Shown here in pieces: positions 36,268 through 46,696 of a DNA stretch of 64,000 nucleotides. Origin of the DNA: an uncultured delta proteobacterium (GTDB lineage: Bacteria; Myxococcota; UBA727; VGSZ01); the NCBI GenBank assembly GCA_963775425.1, contig CAVZJB010000006.1:160001-224000 (forward strand), read 5' to 3'. How positions within the stretch are numbered: position 1 is the first letter of the stretch; every line of letters starts with the position of its first letter. The position numbers were made by a program, and so were the translations under genes. The notes beneath the pieces are model-generated. The model had not been told where the DNA came from and ran no database searches. It worked only from the letters and a program-made list of their open reading frames with translations.

Positions 36268-39017
36268 GGGCCGAGGCCGCCCCGCTCCACGTCCTCGAGC
36301 GGAGGCGGCGGCGCGTCTTCCGCCGTCTGCGTGGGCTCGGTGCCCGCGAGGAAGGCCTCGGCGATGTCGCCCTTGGGCAGCTCCTTGGGCAGCGGGTCGC
36401 CGTCGTCGTCGAACTCCGGCGGCGGCAGCGTGCCCGGCGCCACGCCGTCCTGCACGCTCACGAGGAGCCCCGTCGACGAGTCGATGCTCTTGATGATGAC
36501 GCCGTCGGGCGGCGTGAAGTCGCGCGGCGGAGTGTCCTTGGTGGCTTCCTTCATGTAGTCGAGCCAGATGGGCGCGCTGGCGCGGCCGCCGCTCTCGCCG
36601 CGCCCGAGGGGCTCGTTGTCGTCGAAGCCGACGTAGACGCCGGTGACGATGTCGGGCGTGAAGCCGACGAACCACACGCTGCGCGCCTTGTTGGTGGTGC
36701 CCGTCTTGCCGCCCACCGGCCGTCCGAGCTCGCGCGCGCGCCGCCCGGTGCCGTTTTCGACGACGGACTTCATGAGGTCGCACATGATGTACGCGGTCTG
36801 CGGCGTGATCACCTGCACCGGCTCCGGCCAATCCATCTCGAGCACCTGGCCGTTTTGCCGCTTCACCTTCTCGATGAGGATGGGCGGCACCCACTGCCCG
36901 TCGTTGGTGAAGATGGTGTACGCGTCGACGAGGTCGAGCGGGATGACCTCGCCCGTGCCGAGGGCGAGCGAGAGGTTCTGCGGGAACGGGTGCGCGTCCG
37001 TGGACAGGTGCAGCTTCTTCGCGATGTCGAGCACCGGGTCGACGCCGACGCGCTCGAGGATGGAGATGCTGCACGTGTTCACCGAGTGGGTGAGGCACGT
37101 GCGCAGCGTGATGTCGCCGAGGAAACGGCTGTTGCTGTTCTCGGGCTTCCACGGCTTGCCGGTGTACTTGTCGAAGAACACCTTGGGCGCGTCGGTGATG
37201 AGCCGCTGCGTGTGGGTGCCGTCGGCGTTCATGTCGAGGTATCCGACGGCGTTGAACAGCTTGGTCTCGATGCCCATGCCGTAGATGAACGGCTTGAACG
37301 ACGACCCGGGCTGCCGCAGCGCCTGCGTGGCGCGGTTGAAGCTCGAGCGCTCGAAGTCGTAGCCGCCGACGAGCGCGAGCACGCGGTGGGTGTGGGGGTC
37401 GATGGAGACGAGGGCGCCCTCGGCCTTGGGCTCCTGGTCGAGGCTCACCTCGAGGTGCGCGGGCTTCCCCTTTTGCGCCGGCACGGCGCGCTCGATCTTC
37501 ACGAGCACCACGTCGCCGCGCTTGAGCACGTCGGCGGGGGAGCGCGGCTTGGGGGTGTACTTCTCGGGACTGAACGGACGCGCCCAGGACATGCCGGACA
37601 TGGGCAGGACGGCGACCGTGGTGCCGAGGTCGACGGCGGCGCTCTTGCTCGCCTGGTCGACGCGCTCGACCACGCCGCCGACGATGGCGCCGATGCGGGC
37701 CTTGGTGCTCTTCACGTTGCGAAGCGGCGCGGGCTTGGGCGGCTCCTTCCGCGAGGAGGTGGCGTCGTCGTCGTCGTCCTCGTCGTCGCCGTGGTGATCG
37801 TCGGCGAAGGGCGAGGTGAGCGCCTTGTGCACGCTCGCGGGCGTGAGGTCCTGGAGGTCCCAGATGGGGCGCCCGACGAGGTCATCCTTCTTGAGCTCGG
37901 GGATCTCCTCGGGCGGGAAGCGGCGCGCGCGCTCGGCGTCGAACAGCGCGAGGAGCTTCTTGGCCTCGTCGGGGTCGAGGCGCACCACCGGTCCGCGGTA
38001 GCCCTGGCGCTTGTCGAGCGCGCGCAGCCCGTCCTGCACGGCCTCGTTGGCCGCCTTCTGCATGCGCGCGTCGAGCGCGGCGTAGACGGTGAGGCCGCCG
38101 CGCGTGACCTCGTCGGGGCCGACGTCCTTGCGCTCGGCGAGCCGGCGGCGGATGGCCTCGGCGTAGTAGGGCGCGATGTCGAGGTACTCGGGCGCCTCGA
38201 CGTCGACGCGCACGGGGGACTTGTTGGCTTTGTCGGCCTCGTCCTCTTTGATGTACCCGTTCTTCACCATCTGGCCGAGCACGTACGCGCGGCGTGCGCG
38301 CACGCGCGCCGGGTCGGCGATGGGGTTGATGCGGTTGGGCGACTTGGGCACCGACGCGAGCGCCGCCGCCTCCGCCAACGTGAGCTTCTCGACGTCGACG
38401 CCGTAGTACGTGCGCGCGGCCTCCTGGATGCCGTACGCGCCGTTGCCGAAGTAGATCTGGTTCAAGTACAAAAAGAGGATCTGGTCCTTGGAGAACCGCT
38501 CCTCGATGCGCTTGGCGAGCAGCAGCTTCTTCACCTTGTTCGAGTAGTTGTGCTCCATGGACAACAGGAACGTCTGCGCCGTCTGCTGCGTGATGGTGCT
38601 GCCGCCGCACGCGCCGCCGCCGACGATCTTGCGCTTGAGGAGGATGAGGCCGCAGCGGAAGATGGCCGCGTAGTCGATGCCCTCGTGGTGGTAGAAGTCT
38701 TCGTCCTCGGCGGAGATGAACGCGTCCTTCACCAGGGGCGGGATGCGCTCGATGGGGACGACCGTGCGGCGCTCCTCGTAGAAGCGCGCCACGAGGTTGC
38801 CGTTGTCGTCGAACACGCGGGATGTCACGGGCGGCCTGTAGTCGGCCATGCTCGACAGGTCGGGCAGATCCCGCGAGAGCACCGCGAGGTGCGCGGCGCC
38901 GCCGCCGACGCCGAAGGCCACGAGCAGCACGAGGACCACGGCGAGCTTCTTCATGAGCCCGCGCATGCCCTTCTGGCTGACGAGAGGGATCTTCGAAAAC
39001 AACACCCTTACGCCCAT
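36264..39017 (-). CDS. mrcA: Penicillin-binding protein 1A (class A PBP)
   Basis: AEDEDFYHH, GGSTITQQ, YLNQIYFG, RQPGSSFKP, SVN and GKTGT motifs; OB insert. Start may be 38966 or 38954. Confidence 0.95.
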   Translation of the reverse strand: MGVRVLFSKIPLVSQKGMRGLMKKLAVVLVLLVAFGVGGGAAHLAVLSRDLPDLSSMADYRPPVTSRVFDDNGNLVARFYEERRTVVPIERIPPLVKDAFISAEDEDFYHHEGIDYAAIFRCGLILLKRKIVGGGACGGSTITQQTAQTFLLSMEHNYSNKVKKLLLAKRIEERFSKDQILFLYLNQIYFGNGAYGIQEAARTYYGVDVEKLTLAEAAALASVPKSPNRINPIADPARVRARRAYVLGQMVKNGYIKEDEADKANKSPVRVDVEAPEYLDIAPYYAEAIRRRLAERKDVGPDEVTRGGLTVYAALDARMQKAANEAVQDGLRALDKRQGYRGPVVRLDPDEAKKLLALFDAERARRFPPEEIPELKKDDLVGRPIWDLQDLTPASVHKALTSPFADDHHGDDEDDDDDATSSRKEPPKPAPLRNVKSTKARIGAIVGGVVERVDQASKSAAVDLGTTVAVLPMSGMSWARPFSPEKYTPKPRSPADVLKRGDVVLVKIERAVPAQKGKPAHLEVSLDQEPKAEGALVSIDPHTHRVLALVGGYDFERSSFNRATQALRQPGSSFKPFIYGMGIETKLFNAVGYLDMNADGTHTQRLITDAPKVFFDKYTGKPWKPENSNSRFLGDITLRTCLTHSVNTCSISILERVGVDPVLDIAKKLHLSTDAHPFPQNLSLALGTGEVIPLDLVDAYTIFTNDGQWVPPILIEKVKRQNGQVLEMDWPEPVQVITPQTAYIMCDLMKSVVENGTGRRARELGRPVGGKTGTTNKARSVWFVGFTPDIVTGVYVGFDDNEPLGRGESGGRASAPIWLDYMKEATKDTPPRDFTPPDGVIIKSIDSSTGLLVSVQDGVAPGTLPPPEFDDDGDPLPKELPKGDIAEAFLAGTEPTQTAEDAPPPPLEDVERGGLGP

Positions 39018-39094
39018 CTCCCTTTGTCGACATGCGGATCGCCGATGACGTCCCCGGCGTCAATCCGCCGGCGCCGCCGTTGATTCCACGCGCG

Positions 39095-39967
39095 TCAGCG
39101 CGCCGTGACGGTGATCGTGCCGTTCTTCGGCGACAGCGCGTCGACGAGGAAGTAGCCACCGACGCCGGCCGCGGCCAGGAGGACGAGGCCGCCGCCGGTG
39201 GCGCCGGCGATGATCCAGCCCACACCGCCGTCGTCGCCGTCGTCGGGCTCCTGGAGCTTCTCGTCGACGGTCTTCACGCGGCCGACGTCGCTGTCGCGAT
39301 CGCTGGTGTCGGTGGCCTCGAGGGCGTGATCCGGCGACTCGAGGGAGCGGTCGCGCTGATCAGCGACCGAAGGGAGCGGCCCCGCTCGATCATGGTGCGG
39401 CGCTTCGGGAATATCGTCGTCGACGGCGGAGCCGGCGGCGTCGTCGGACGTCAAGGGTCCGCGCCGCCGTTCGCCGTCGTCGCTCGCCGCGTGACGCGGG
39501 GGAGGCGCGGCCGGCTCGTCGTCGACGACCGGTGTCACCGGCGCGTCCACGGTGTGGAGCACGCGCGACTTGCTGTCGTCCGCGGGCTTGTCCTCCGGCG
39601 GCGGCGGCCTCTTGTCCTCGTGCTTCGGCGGAGGCTTGGGCTTGTCCTCGTCGGGGGGTGGCGGCGCCAGGATGTCGCTGTCGTCCTCGAGATCGCGGTC
39701 GCGATCGCGCGGCGGCGGCTTGTTGTCCTCGTGCTTCTTGGGCTTGGGCGGCGCGCTCTTGTCTGCGCTCTTGTCTTCGTGCTTCTTCTTGCGCGTGTCC
39801 TTCTTGGGGGCTTCGTGCTTGGGGGGCGCGCGCTTGTGCGGCCTCTCGACGAGGTCGACGTCGCCGTCGGGCATGTCGTCGTCCTGGGCGCGCACGCGCG
39901 CGGCGGGCGCGAGCACGAGGAGGGTGGCCGCGAGCAAGGCGAGGACGTGGGACGCGGGGCGGTTCAT
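39095..39967 (-). CDS. Exported low-complexity protein with C-terminal TM helix
   Basis: Signal peptide ..VRA-Q; K/P/D-rich linker; GWIIAG...GGYFLV. Confidence 0.7.
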   Translation of the reverse strand: MNRPASHVLALLAATLLVLAPAARVRAQDDDMPDGDVDLVERPHKRAPPKHEAPKKDTRKKKHEDKSADKSAPPKPKKHEDNKPPPRDRDRDLEDDSDILAPPPPDEDKPKPPPKHEDKRPPPPEDKPADDSKSRVLHTVDAPVTPVVDDEPAAPPPRHAASDDGERRRGPLTSDDAAGSAVDDDIPEAPHHDRAGPLPSVADQRDRSLESPDHALEATDTSDRDSDVGRVKTVDEKLQEPDDGDDGGVGWIIAGATGGGLVLLAAAGVGGYFLVDALSPKNGTITVTAR

Positions 39968-41707
39968 TCGGCCACCCCCGGCGGCGTGAGGGGATCCGCG
40001 AAGATCTCGGCGGTCGCGAGCGGCGCGCGGTCGCTGCCGAGCGGCGCTTCGCCGCCGAGGAGCACCACGGTGCCGTCGCCGGGCGCCGCGGCGACGAGGC
40101 CGCCCCGGGCGTCGCGCAAGGTGCGCGCGGCGCCGCCCACGGACAGCGGCGTGACGACGAGGGTCTCCTGGTCGAACAGCTCGAGGTCATCGCTGGGGGT
40201 GAAGGCGGAGATCGGCGTAGCCGCCGGCGACGAGCGCGCGCGAGCCGCCCGGCAGCGGGGCCACCGACGCGAAGATGCGCGGCCCCGTGAGGTGCATGGG
40301 CTGATCGTGCGGCGGCTTGCCGGTGACGATGCCGCCCTCCTCGCCGGAGTTCTCCGAGTAGACGTACACGGCGGCGCCGTCGCCGACGCTCGGGTCGCCG
40401 CCGGCGCAGGTGGTGGCGGGCGCCGACGGCTCGCACGCGAGCGCGGGGCGGAAGGTGCCGTCCTGGTCGCGCACGAGGCCGCCGACGGCGAGCACGCGGA
40501 TGGACAGGTACTGCGCCGACGCCGCAAAGAAGGGGTTCCTGAAGTTGTTCATGGCCCCGACGTTCAACAGCTCCGAGGTCTGCCGGATGCGCTCGACCTG
40601 GAAGCGGGGCGTGCCGTCGCCGTTGGTGTCGAGGTTCACGGAGCCGCCCCACAGGAACACGCCGTCGCCGGGGATGAGGAACGCCATGTGGCCCGCGCGC
40701 TGCGCCTGCATGGTGGGCCCGTTGCCGCACGAGAGCGAGGCGTTGCACACCGTGGTGGAGTCGAGCGCGTTCGACAAATCGTTCCGGGGCGCGCGGACGG
40801 CGGGGATGCCGCCGGTGATGATGACGGCGCCGTCGTCGGTGGGGGCCGCGGCGGCGAACACGCGCGGGCCGTTCGGGTCGTCGCCGGCGGAGGAGAAGCT
40901 CTGCGTCTTCGGGTCGTAGACCTCGATGGCGCTGACGGGGCCCACGGGCTCGATGGGGAACGGGTTGGCGGTGTCGATGGGGTGCACGAGGGCGCTGCTG
41001 GCGCCGCCCGCGACGATGACGCGGCCGTCGGCGAGCTTGGCGGCGGTGTGGAAGAGCCGCGCGTTCTGCATCGAGCCGACGGCGTGGAACGCGCCGGTGG
41101 AAGGATCGAAGATGGACGCCGACGCCGTGGCCGTCAGGCGGTGGCAGCCGGTGCCGCAGGTGGCGCTCGCGTCGGTGCCGTCGCGGGCGCCGCCGACGAC
41201 GAGGACGGTGCCGTCGTCGAGGACGGTGGCGGTGTGGAAGGCGCGCCCCTCGACGTCCCCGCCGCGCGAGCACGTGACGTCGCCAAGGCGGGCCATGAGC
41301 ACGTCGACGGCGGTGTCCTCGTTGGGCGTGACCGTGACCGCCGGGCGCACGCCGCGCCACAGCGTCTGGCTGCCGGCCTGCCCGAACAGGCCGACGACGC
41401 GGTCCGCCCCCGCGGGCACGTCGCTGATGGTCAGCGGGCCGCCGAGGGGTCCGCTGGTGGTGACGGGGGCCGGCATGTCCTGCGCGGTGACGGTGAGCTT
41501 GAGCGACTGCACCTCCGCCTGGAACTCGGCGCCGGCGCTGGCGTCGGGCGGGCACGAGCCGCTGAGCGGGTACACCGCGCTGTGCGCGACGACGTTCGGG
41601 GCGGCGCCCGGCGCGCAGGCGCCGAGGGCCGCCACGACGCCGAGGACCGCGAGCCCCCGTCCCTGTCGGGCGCGGGGGACGGCGGAGGGGGAGGCGCCGA
41701 AAGGCAT
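39964..41707 (-). CDS. Kelch-repeat lipoprotein, split by a 1-nt frameshift near 40208
   Basis: LGAC lipobox; RAFHTATVL.DG.VLVVGG Kelch repeats; the last repeat continues in another frame to a stop that overlaps the next ATG. Confidence 0.8.
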
Positions 41708-41810
41708 ATGGCGTCGTCGCATACGGAAATGACCTCGACAACCCCCGCGGACGACGCCCGGGGTAGTGTGTGTCTGATGACCAACGCGCCAACCCGGCCT
41801 GCGATCTCAT

Positions 41811-41983
41811 GTTTGCCCGCGGCCGCTCCCTCCGGTCGCCATTTGCCCGCGGCCGCTCCCTTCGGTCGCCATTTGCCCGCGGCCGCTCCCTCCGGTCGCC
41901 ATTTGCCCGCGGCCGCTCCCTCCGGTCGCCATTTGCCCGCGGCCGCTCCCTCCGGTCGCCATTTGCCCGCGGCCGCTCCCTCC
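41811..41983. repeat. 30-bp tandem repeat, about 5.8 copies
   Basis: ATTTGCCCGCGGCCGCTCCCTCCGGTCGCC; one C>T variant in unit 2, and unit 1 starts with G. Confidence 0.98.
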
Positions 41984-42033
41984 CTTGGATCGCAACAGCG
42001 CCGCCTCGCGCCCGCCATGGCCCGGAACGGCCG

Positions 42034-43437
42034 ATGACACCGGGGCGGCCGCGGCCGACGTTCGCGCACAAGCTCGCCTACGCCGCAGGTCAGGCAGGCA
42101 ACGTCCTGGGGTACCAGATGATCGGGCAGCTCGTGCTGCCGCTGTACCGCCCGCCCGACGGCCAGGGCTTTCACGCCCTCATCCCGCCGGCGGCCGCCGG
42201 CATCGCGATGTTCGTCCCGCGCGCCGTGGACACGTTCTTCGACCCCTACCTCGCGAACGTCTCGGATCGTTCGACGAGCCGGCTCGGGCGCCGTCGCCTG
42301 TTCATGCTCATCGGCTTCGCGCCGCTCGGCATCGCCACGGGCCTCGCGTTCTATCCCCCCACCGACGTCGCCGGGCTGCTGAACGCCGTCTACCTCGCCG
42401 TGGTCCTCACCGCGTACAACTGCCTCTTCTCGGTGTACGTGGGCCCCTACCTCGCGCTGCTGCCCGAGCTGTTTCCGGACAAGAACGAAAACACGCAGGT
42501 CTCGACGCTGCAGGCCGCCGCGGCCCTCTTTGGCGCGGCGCTCGTCGGCGGCGCCTTGCTCTTCGTCCCCGAGCACGACCCGGACCGCTCGGGGCTCAAG
42601 CTCGTCACGGGTGTCCTCGCCGCCATCTCGCTGCTGTTGCTGGCCGTGCCCGTCGTGGCCGTCGACGAGCGCAAGTACGTGCACCGCGTCCCCGGCGCCG
42701 CCGCGAGCCACAAGGGGCCGTTCGCGTCGCTGGCGGCCACGTTCCGCGAGCGCGCCTTCGTCCCCTACGTGCTCGGCTCCATGTTCTATTGGATCGGCTT
42801 CACCATCTTGAACACGGCCGCGCCGATGTTCGTGGAGGTGCTGCTCCGGCGTCCGCTCCGCGATCTGCTCGTCGTCGAGCAAGCACCGCTCCTCGTGTGC
42901 TCGGCGCTGTTCTTCTTCGCCGTGCCACCGCTGCAAAGGCGCCTCGGAAAGCGCAAGCTGATGCTCATCTCGTCACTGGGGTTCGCCGCTTTGATGGGGG
43001 TCGGTGTCCCGCTGTTGCCGTCGATGCCATGGCTCGCGCAACCGCTGTTCATGCTCGCGGGCATCTCCGTCGCGCTGTTCCTCGCGGTGCCGAACGCGAT
43101 GCTCGCCGACGTCTGCGAGGCCAACGCGCGCAAGACCGGTGAGCGGCGGGAGGGCATGTTCTTCGGGGCGCAAGGCTTCCTGCAGAAGTTCGCCGTCGGC
43201 ACCGCCGCCGCCGGCGTCTCCTGGGTCGCCGAGCTGTTCGGCAAGTCGAGCGACAGCCCGCTCGGCGTTCAGCTCTCCGGGCCGCTCGCCGCGGTGGCGC
43301 TGCTCGCGTCGGCGGCGTGCTTCTGGCGTTACCCGGAGGAGAGCGTCCTCGCCGACACGGCGGGCGCGGCGCCGCCGAGCGAGGGCGCGCCCGACGGTGA
43401 GCCGGTCGCCGTCCCGAGCAGCCCCCCCAATCCGTGA
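42034..43437 (+). CDS. MFS transporter, GPH/MFS_2 family
   Basis: KLAYAAG, DPYLANVSDR..SRLGRRR, PYLALLPEL and GERREGMFFG motifs. Confidence 0.9.
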   Translation: MTPGRPRPTFAHKLAYAAGQAGNVLGYQMIGQLVLPLYRPPDGQGFHALIPPAAAGIAMFVPRAVDTFFDPYLANVSDRSTSRLGRRRLFMLIGFAPLGIATGLAFYPPTDVAGLLNAVYLAVVLTAYNCLFSVYVGPYLALLPELFPDKNENTQVSTLQAAAALFGAALVGGALLFVPEHDPDRSGLKLVTGVLAAISLLLLAVPVVAVDERKYVHRVPGAAASHKGPFASLAATFRERAFVPYVLGSMFYWIGFTILNTAAPMFVEVLLRRPLRDLLVVEQAPLLVCSALFFFAVPPLQRRLGKRKLMLISSLGFAALMGVGVPLLPSMPWLAQPLFMLAGISVALFLAVPNAMLADVCEANARKTGERREGMFFGAQGFLQKFAVGTAAAGVSWVAELFGKSSDSPLGVQLSGPLAAVALLASAACFWRYPEESVLADTAGAAPPSEGAPDGEPVAVPSSPPNP

Positions 43438-43550
43438 CGCGCGTCGGCACCTGACCGTTCCGTCGTCGTCATGTCGCCCTGTCGGCTCGGTCGCCTCACG
43501 TTGTCGAGGAGGAGCGCTCCGTTACGCCTCTGTTGCGGGGGGCGAGCCAC

Positions 43551-45251
43551 ATGTTCGACGGCGGCTGCGGCAAAGAGACAGTCAACGAGCACCACCCGCG
43601 CTCCCTGCCGCGCCCCCGACCGTCCGGCCCGGAGCCCGGTGACGCCCGCGCCCGCGGCGGCAAGCGCTCGCTGCCCGCCGCGGGGCGGCTCGACGCCGAC
43701 ACGGAGCGCTCGCTCGACCTCGAGGAGCGCGCCACCGACACCGCCCGCATGCGCGTGGTGGGCGTCGCCGCGCTCTCGTTGTGGACGGCGTCGCTCGCGC
43801 TCGACGCCGTCCTCGCCCACGGCGTGATCCACGAAGGCGCCGCGGGCTTCCTGGCGATCAAGGCGCTCGCCTGCGTCCCCGCGGTCGCCGTCGTCGTCCG
43901 CCTGCTGCCGAGGTTCCCGCTGCTGTCGCGGCGCGCGCTGTACGCCGCCGCCTTCGCCGTCTTCCTCCCGCCCGTCGTGGCTGCGTCGCTGCTCGCGTTG
44001 CGCCACCCCGCCGTCGAGGCAGCGTACGGCCACGCGATCGTCGGCGTGCTCGTCGCGCTCGGCGCCGCCCTGCCGCAACCGCTCAGGCGCGGGCTGCCGC
44101 TCACGGGCGCCGTCGCTTTCACGTTCGCCGCCGCCGTGGCCGCCGGCGCCGTCGCGGACGAGGGCGTGCGCGCGCGCCTCGCCGATCCCGCCGAGCGCGC
44201 GCTGCTGTGGATGATCGTGAGCACGCACGTGGTCGCCGGCGCGCTCGTCGTCGTCAGCGCGCAGTTGCAGCACGGGCTGCGGCGCCAGGGGTTGCTCGTG
44301 CAATTGAAGAGCCGCTATCGCCTCAAGGAGCTGCTCGGCGAAGGCGGCATGGGGCAGGTGTGGCGCGCGTGGCACCCCGGGCTCGGCTGCGACGTCGCGC
44401 TCAAGATGTTGCGAAACGGCGGCGGCGAGGAGCTGGTGCAGCGCTTCCTCCGCGAGATCAAGGCCACCGCGCAGCTCGTGCACCCGAACACCGTGCGCGT
44501 CCTCGACTGCGGCCTCACCGACGACGGCGCCTGGTACTACACGATGGAGCTCCTGCACGGCCGGACGCTCGCGACCGTCGTCGGCGCCGAGGGGCCGCTG
44601 CCGCCGGCGCGGGTGGTCTACCTCGTCGCGCAGGCGGCGCGCGCGCTGTCCGAGGCGCACGGGCGGGGCCTCGTGCATCGCGACGTGAAGCCCGAGAACC
44701 TCTTCGTCACCACGCTCGGCGGCGAGACCGACTTCGTGAAGGTGCTCGACTTCGGCATCGCCCGCGCGGCGTATGACGACGACAGCCTCACGCGCGAGGG
44801 CATGGTCATCGGCACGCCGCGTTACATGGCGCCCGAGCAGGAGCGCGGCCTGCGCGCCGACGCCCGCAGCGACGTGTATTCGCTCGGCGCCACGCTGTAC
44901 CTCGCGCTCACCGCGGAGCCGCCGCTGCCCGGCGAGAGCCTCAGCGAGATCCAGGCGTCGCGCTCGCGCGGCGTGCTTGTCCCCCCCTCGTGGCGCGTGC
45001 CGGGGATCCCGCCGGTGCTCGACGAGATCGTCATGCGTTGCCTGAGCACGGATCCCGCCGCGCGCTACGCCGACGCCGGCGCGCTCGCCCGGGCGCTCCT
45101 CGACACGGGGCTGTCCCGCGCGCATCGGCCGTCTCCGCCCGCCGGCGTCGTCGAGATGGAGCCCGTGCGCCGCCGCACGGTGACCCGCGATCTGTCGGGC
45201 GAGCCGTCGTCCGAGCCGCCGACCCCGCCGTGGATCATGGCCTTGCGATGA
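43551..45251 (+). CDS. Membrane Ser/Thr kinase (N-terminal TMs)
   Basis: GEGGMG, VALK, HRDVKPEN, DFG and GTPRYMAPE motifs; start uncertain. Confidence 0.93.
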   Translation: MFDGGCGKETVNEHHPRSLPRPRPSGPEPGDARARGGKRSLPAAGRLDADTERSLDLEERATDTARMRVVGVAALSLWTASLALDAVLAHGVIHEGAAGFLAIKALACVPAVAVVVRLLPRFPLLSRRALYAAAFAVFLPPVVAASLLALRHPAVEAAYGHAIVGVLVALGAALPQPLRRGLPLTGAVAFTFAAAVAAGAVADEGVRARLADPAERALLWMIVSTHVVAGALVVVSAQLQHGLRRQGLLVQLKSRYRLKELLGEGGMGQVWRAWHPGLGCDVALKMLRNGGGEELVQRFLREIKATAQLVHPNTVRVLDCGLTDDGAWYYTMELLHGRTLATVVGAEGPLPPARVVYLVAQAARALSEAHGRGLVHRDVKPENLFVTTLGGETDFVKVLDFGIARAAYDDDSLTREGMVIGTPRYMAPEQERGLRADARSDVYSLGATLYLALTAEPPLPGESLSEIQASRSRGVLVPPSWRVPGIPPVLDEIVMRCLSTDPAARYADAGALARALLDTGLSRAHRPSPPAGVVEMEPVRRRTVTRDLSGEPSSEPPTPPWIMALR

Positions 45252-46687
45252 GCGAAGTGGCGACGACGTCGGCGATGGGCGACGAAGGGAGCCTGCGCGC
45301 CGTCGGGGACCACGAGCACGTGTCGAACGTGCGGCGCCTGCGCGCGGTGCTCGGCATCGGGCTCATCATGTGGATCGCCGTCGGCGTGCCCGGGGACGTC
45401 CTGGTGGCTGCGACGTTCCCGGGCAGCGACCTGCTCGAGCTCCTGCGCGTGCGCGCGGCGGCGGTGGTGGTGCTCGCGCTCGGCCTGTGGGCGGTGTCGC
45501 GCGAGCAACTGCCGAGCGCGGAGGCGCTGCGCGGCGTCGAGGTGGGGACGTTCACCGCGTTGGCGGCTGCGACGGCGCTGTTGCTCGTCGGCGACGTGGG
45601 GCTCGCGAGCCCGACGGCGGCGCAGCTTTCCTGCATCCTGCTCGCGCAAGGCACAGCCTTTCCGCGCCCGTGGCAACGTGGCGCGCTGGCGCTGGCGTGG
45701 ACCTGCCTGGCGTTCCTCGTCGTCGTCGCGGGAGCCGTCGCCGTCGACCCGCGCATCGCGGCGCAGGCGGCGCAGGCGGCGCAGGCCCGCCTGTTCCTCG
45801 CCGGGCTGTGGTCGGCGCTGTGCTCGCTCGTGATCCTCGTCGTCGGTGGCCACGCCGCGTGGGCGCTGCGCCGGCGCGCGTTCGCCGCGCGGCACGTCGG
45901 CCGGTACCAGTTGAAGCGCAAGCTCGGCGAGGGTGGCATGGGCGAGGTGTGGGTCGCGTGGCACGCGGGACTGAAGCGGGACGTGGCGGTGAAGGTGCTG
46001 CGGTCGTCGCGGTTTCGGTCCCGCCGCGACCGCTTCCTGCAGGAGATCGAGGCGACGTCGCGGCTGTGCCATCCGAACACCGTGCGCGTGCTCGACCGCG
46101 GCGTCGCCGACGGCGACCACTGGTACTTCGCGATGGAGCTCGTCGACGGAAGCACGCTGCGCGCTGTCGTGGACGCGGAGGGGCCGATGCCGGCGGCGCG
46201 CGCGGTGCACATCGTGTCGCAGGTGTGCCGCGCGCTCGCGGAGGCCCACGGCCTCGGCATCGTCCACCGTGACCTGAAGCCGGACAACGTGCTCGTCGTC
46301 GAGGTGGGGGCGGAGCGCGACTTCGCGAAGGTCTGCGACTTCGGCCTCGCGCACATCACCGAGGCGTCGTCGCTGCCGGTGGTGACGACGTCGGGGCCGC
46401 TCCCGCGTGAGCGGCTCGGCTGTATGCGCTGGGCCGCGCCCGAGCAGCTCCGCGGCGGCGACGCGGACGCGCGGGCCGACGTGTACGCGCTCGGCGGGCT
46501 CCTGGTGTTCGCGTTGACGGGGACGGCGCCGCGCGACGCGCCGGATCTCAGCCGGCTCGAGGGCGACGTGCGGCGGGTCGTCGAGCGCTGCCTCGCGCAG
46601 CACGCCGGCGACCGATACGCCGACGCCGCCGAGGTCGGCAGAGCGCTCGACGCGACCGCGGTCGCCGGCCTGTGGACTCTCTGCTAG
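45248..46687 (+). CDS. Membrane Ser/Thr kinase paralogue
   Basis: ATGA-coupled; GEGGMG, VAVK, HRDLKPDN and DFG motifs; atypical GCMRWAAPE. Confidence 0.9.
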   Translation: MSEVATTSAMGDEGSLRAVGDHEHVSNVRRLRAVLGIGLIMWIAVGVPGDVLVAATFPGSDLLELLRVRAAAVVVLALGLWAVSREQLPSAEALRGVEVGTFTALAAATALLLVGDVGLASPTAAQLSCILLAQGTAFPRPWQRGALALAWTCLAFLVVVAGAVAVDPRIAAQAAQAAQARLFLAGLWSALCSLVILVVGGHAAWALRRRAFAARHVGRYQLKRKLGEGGMGEVWVAWHAGLKRDVAVKVLRSSRFRSRRDRFLQEIEATSRLCHPNTVRVLDRGVADGDHWYFAMELVDGSTLRAVVDAEGPMPAARAVHIVSQVCRALAEAHGLGIVHRDLKPDNVLVVEVGAERDFAKVCDFGLAHITEASSLPVVTTSGPLPRERLGCMRWAAPEQLRGGDADARADVYALGGLLVFALTGTAPRDAPDLSRLEGDVRRVVERCLAQHAGDRYADAAEVGRALDATAVAGLWTLC

Positions 46688-46696
46688 ACCGCGCGC

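Noticed and set aside
40187-40230. Programmed ribosomal frameshift in the Kelch gene
   Set aside because: No slippery heptamer; a single-base indel is simpler.
41811-41983. CRISPR array
   Set aside because: Units are contiguous with no unique spacers, and there are no cas genes in the window.
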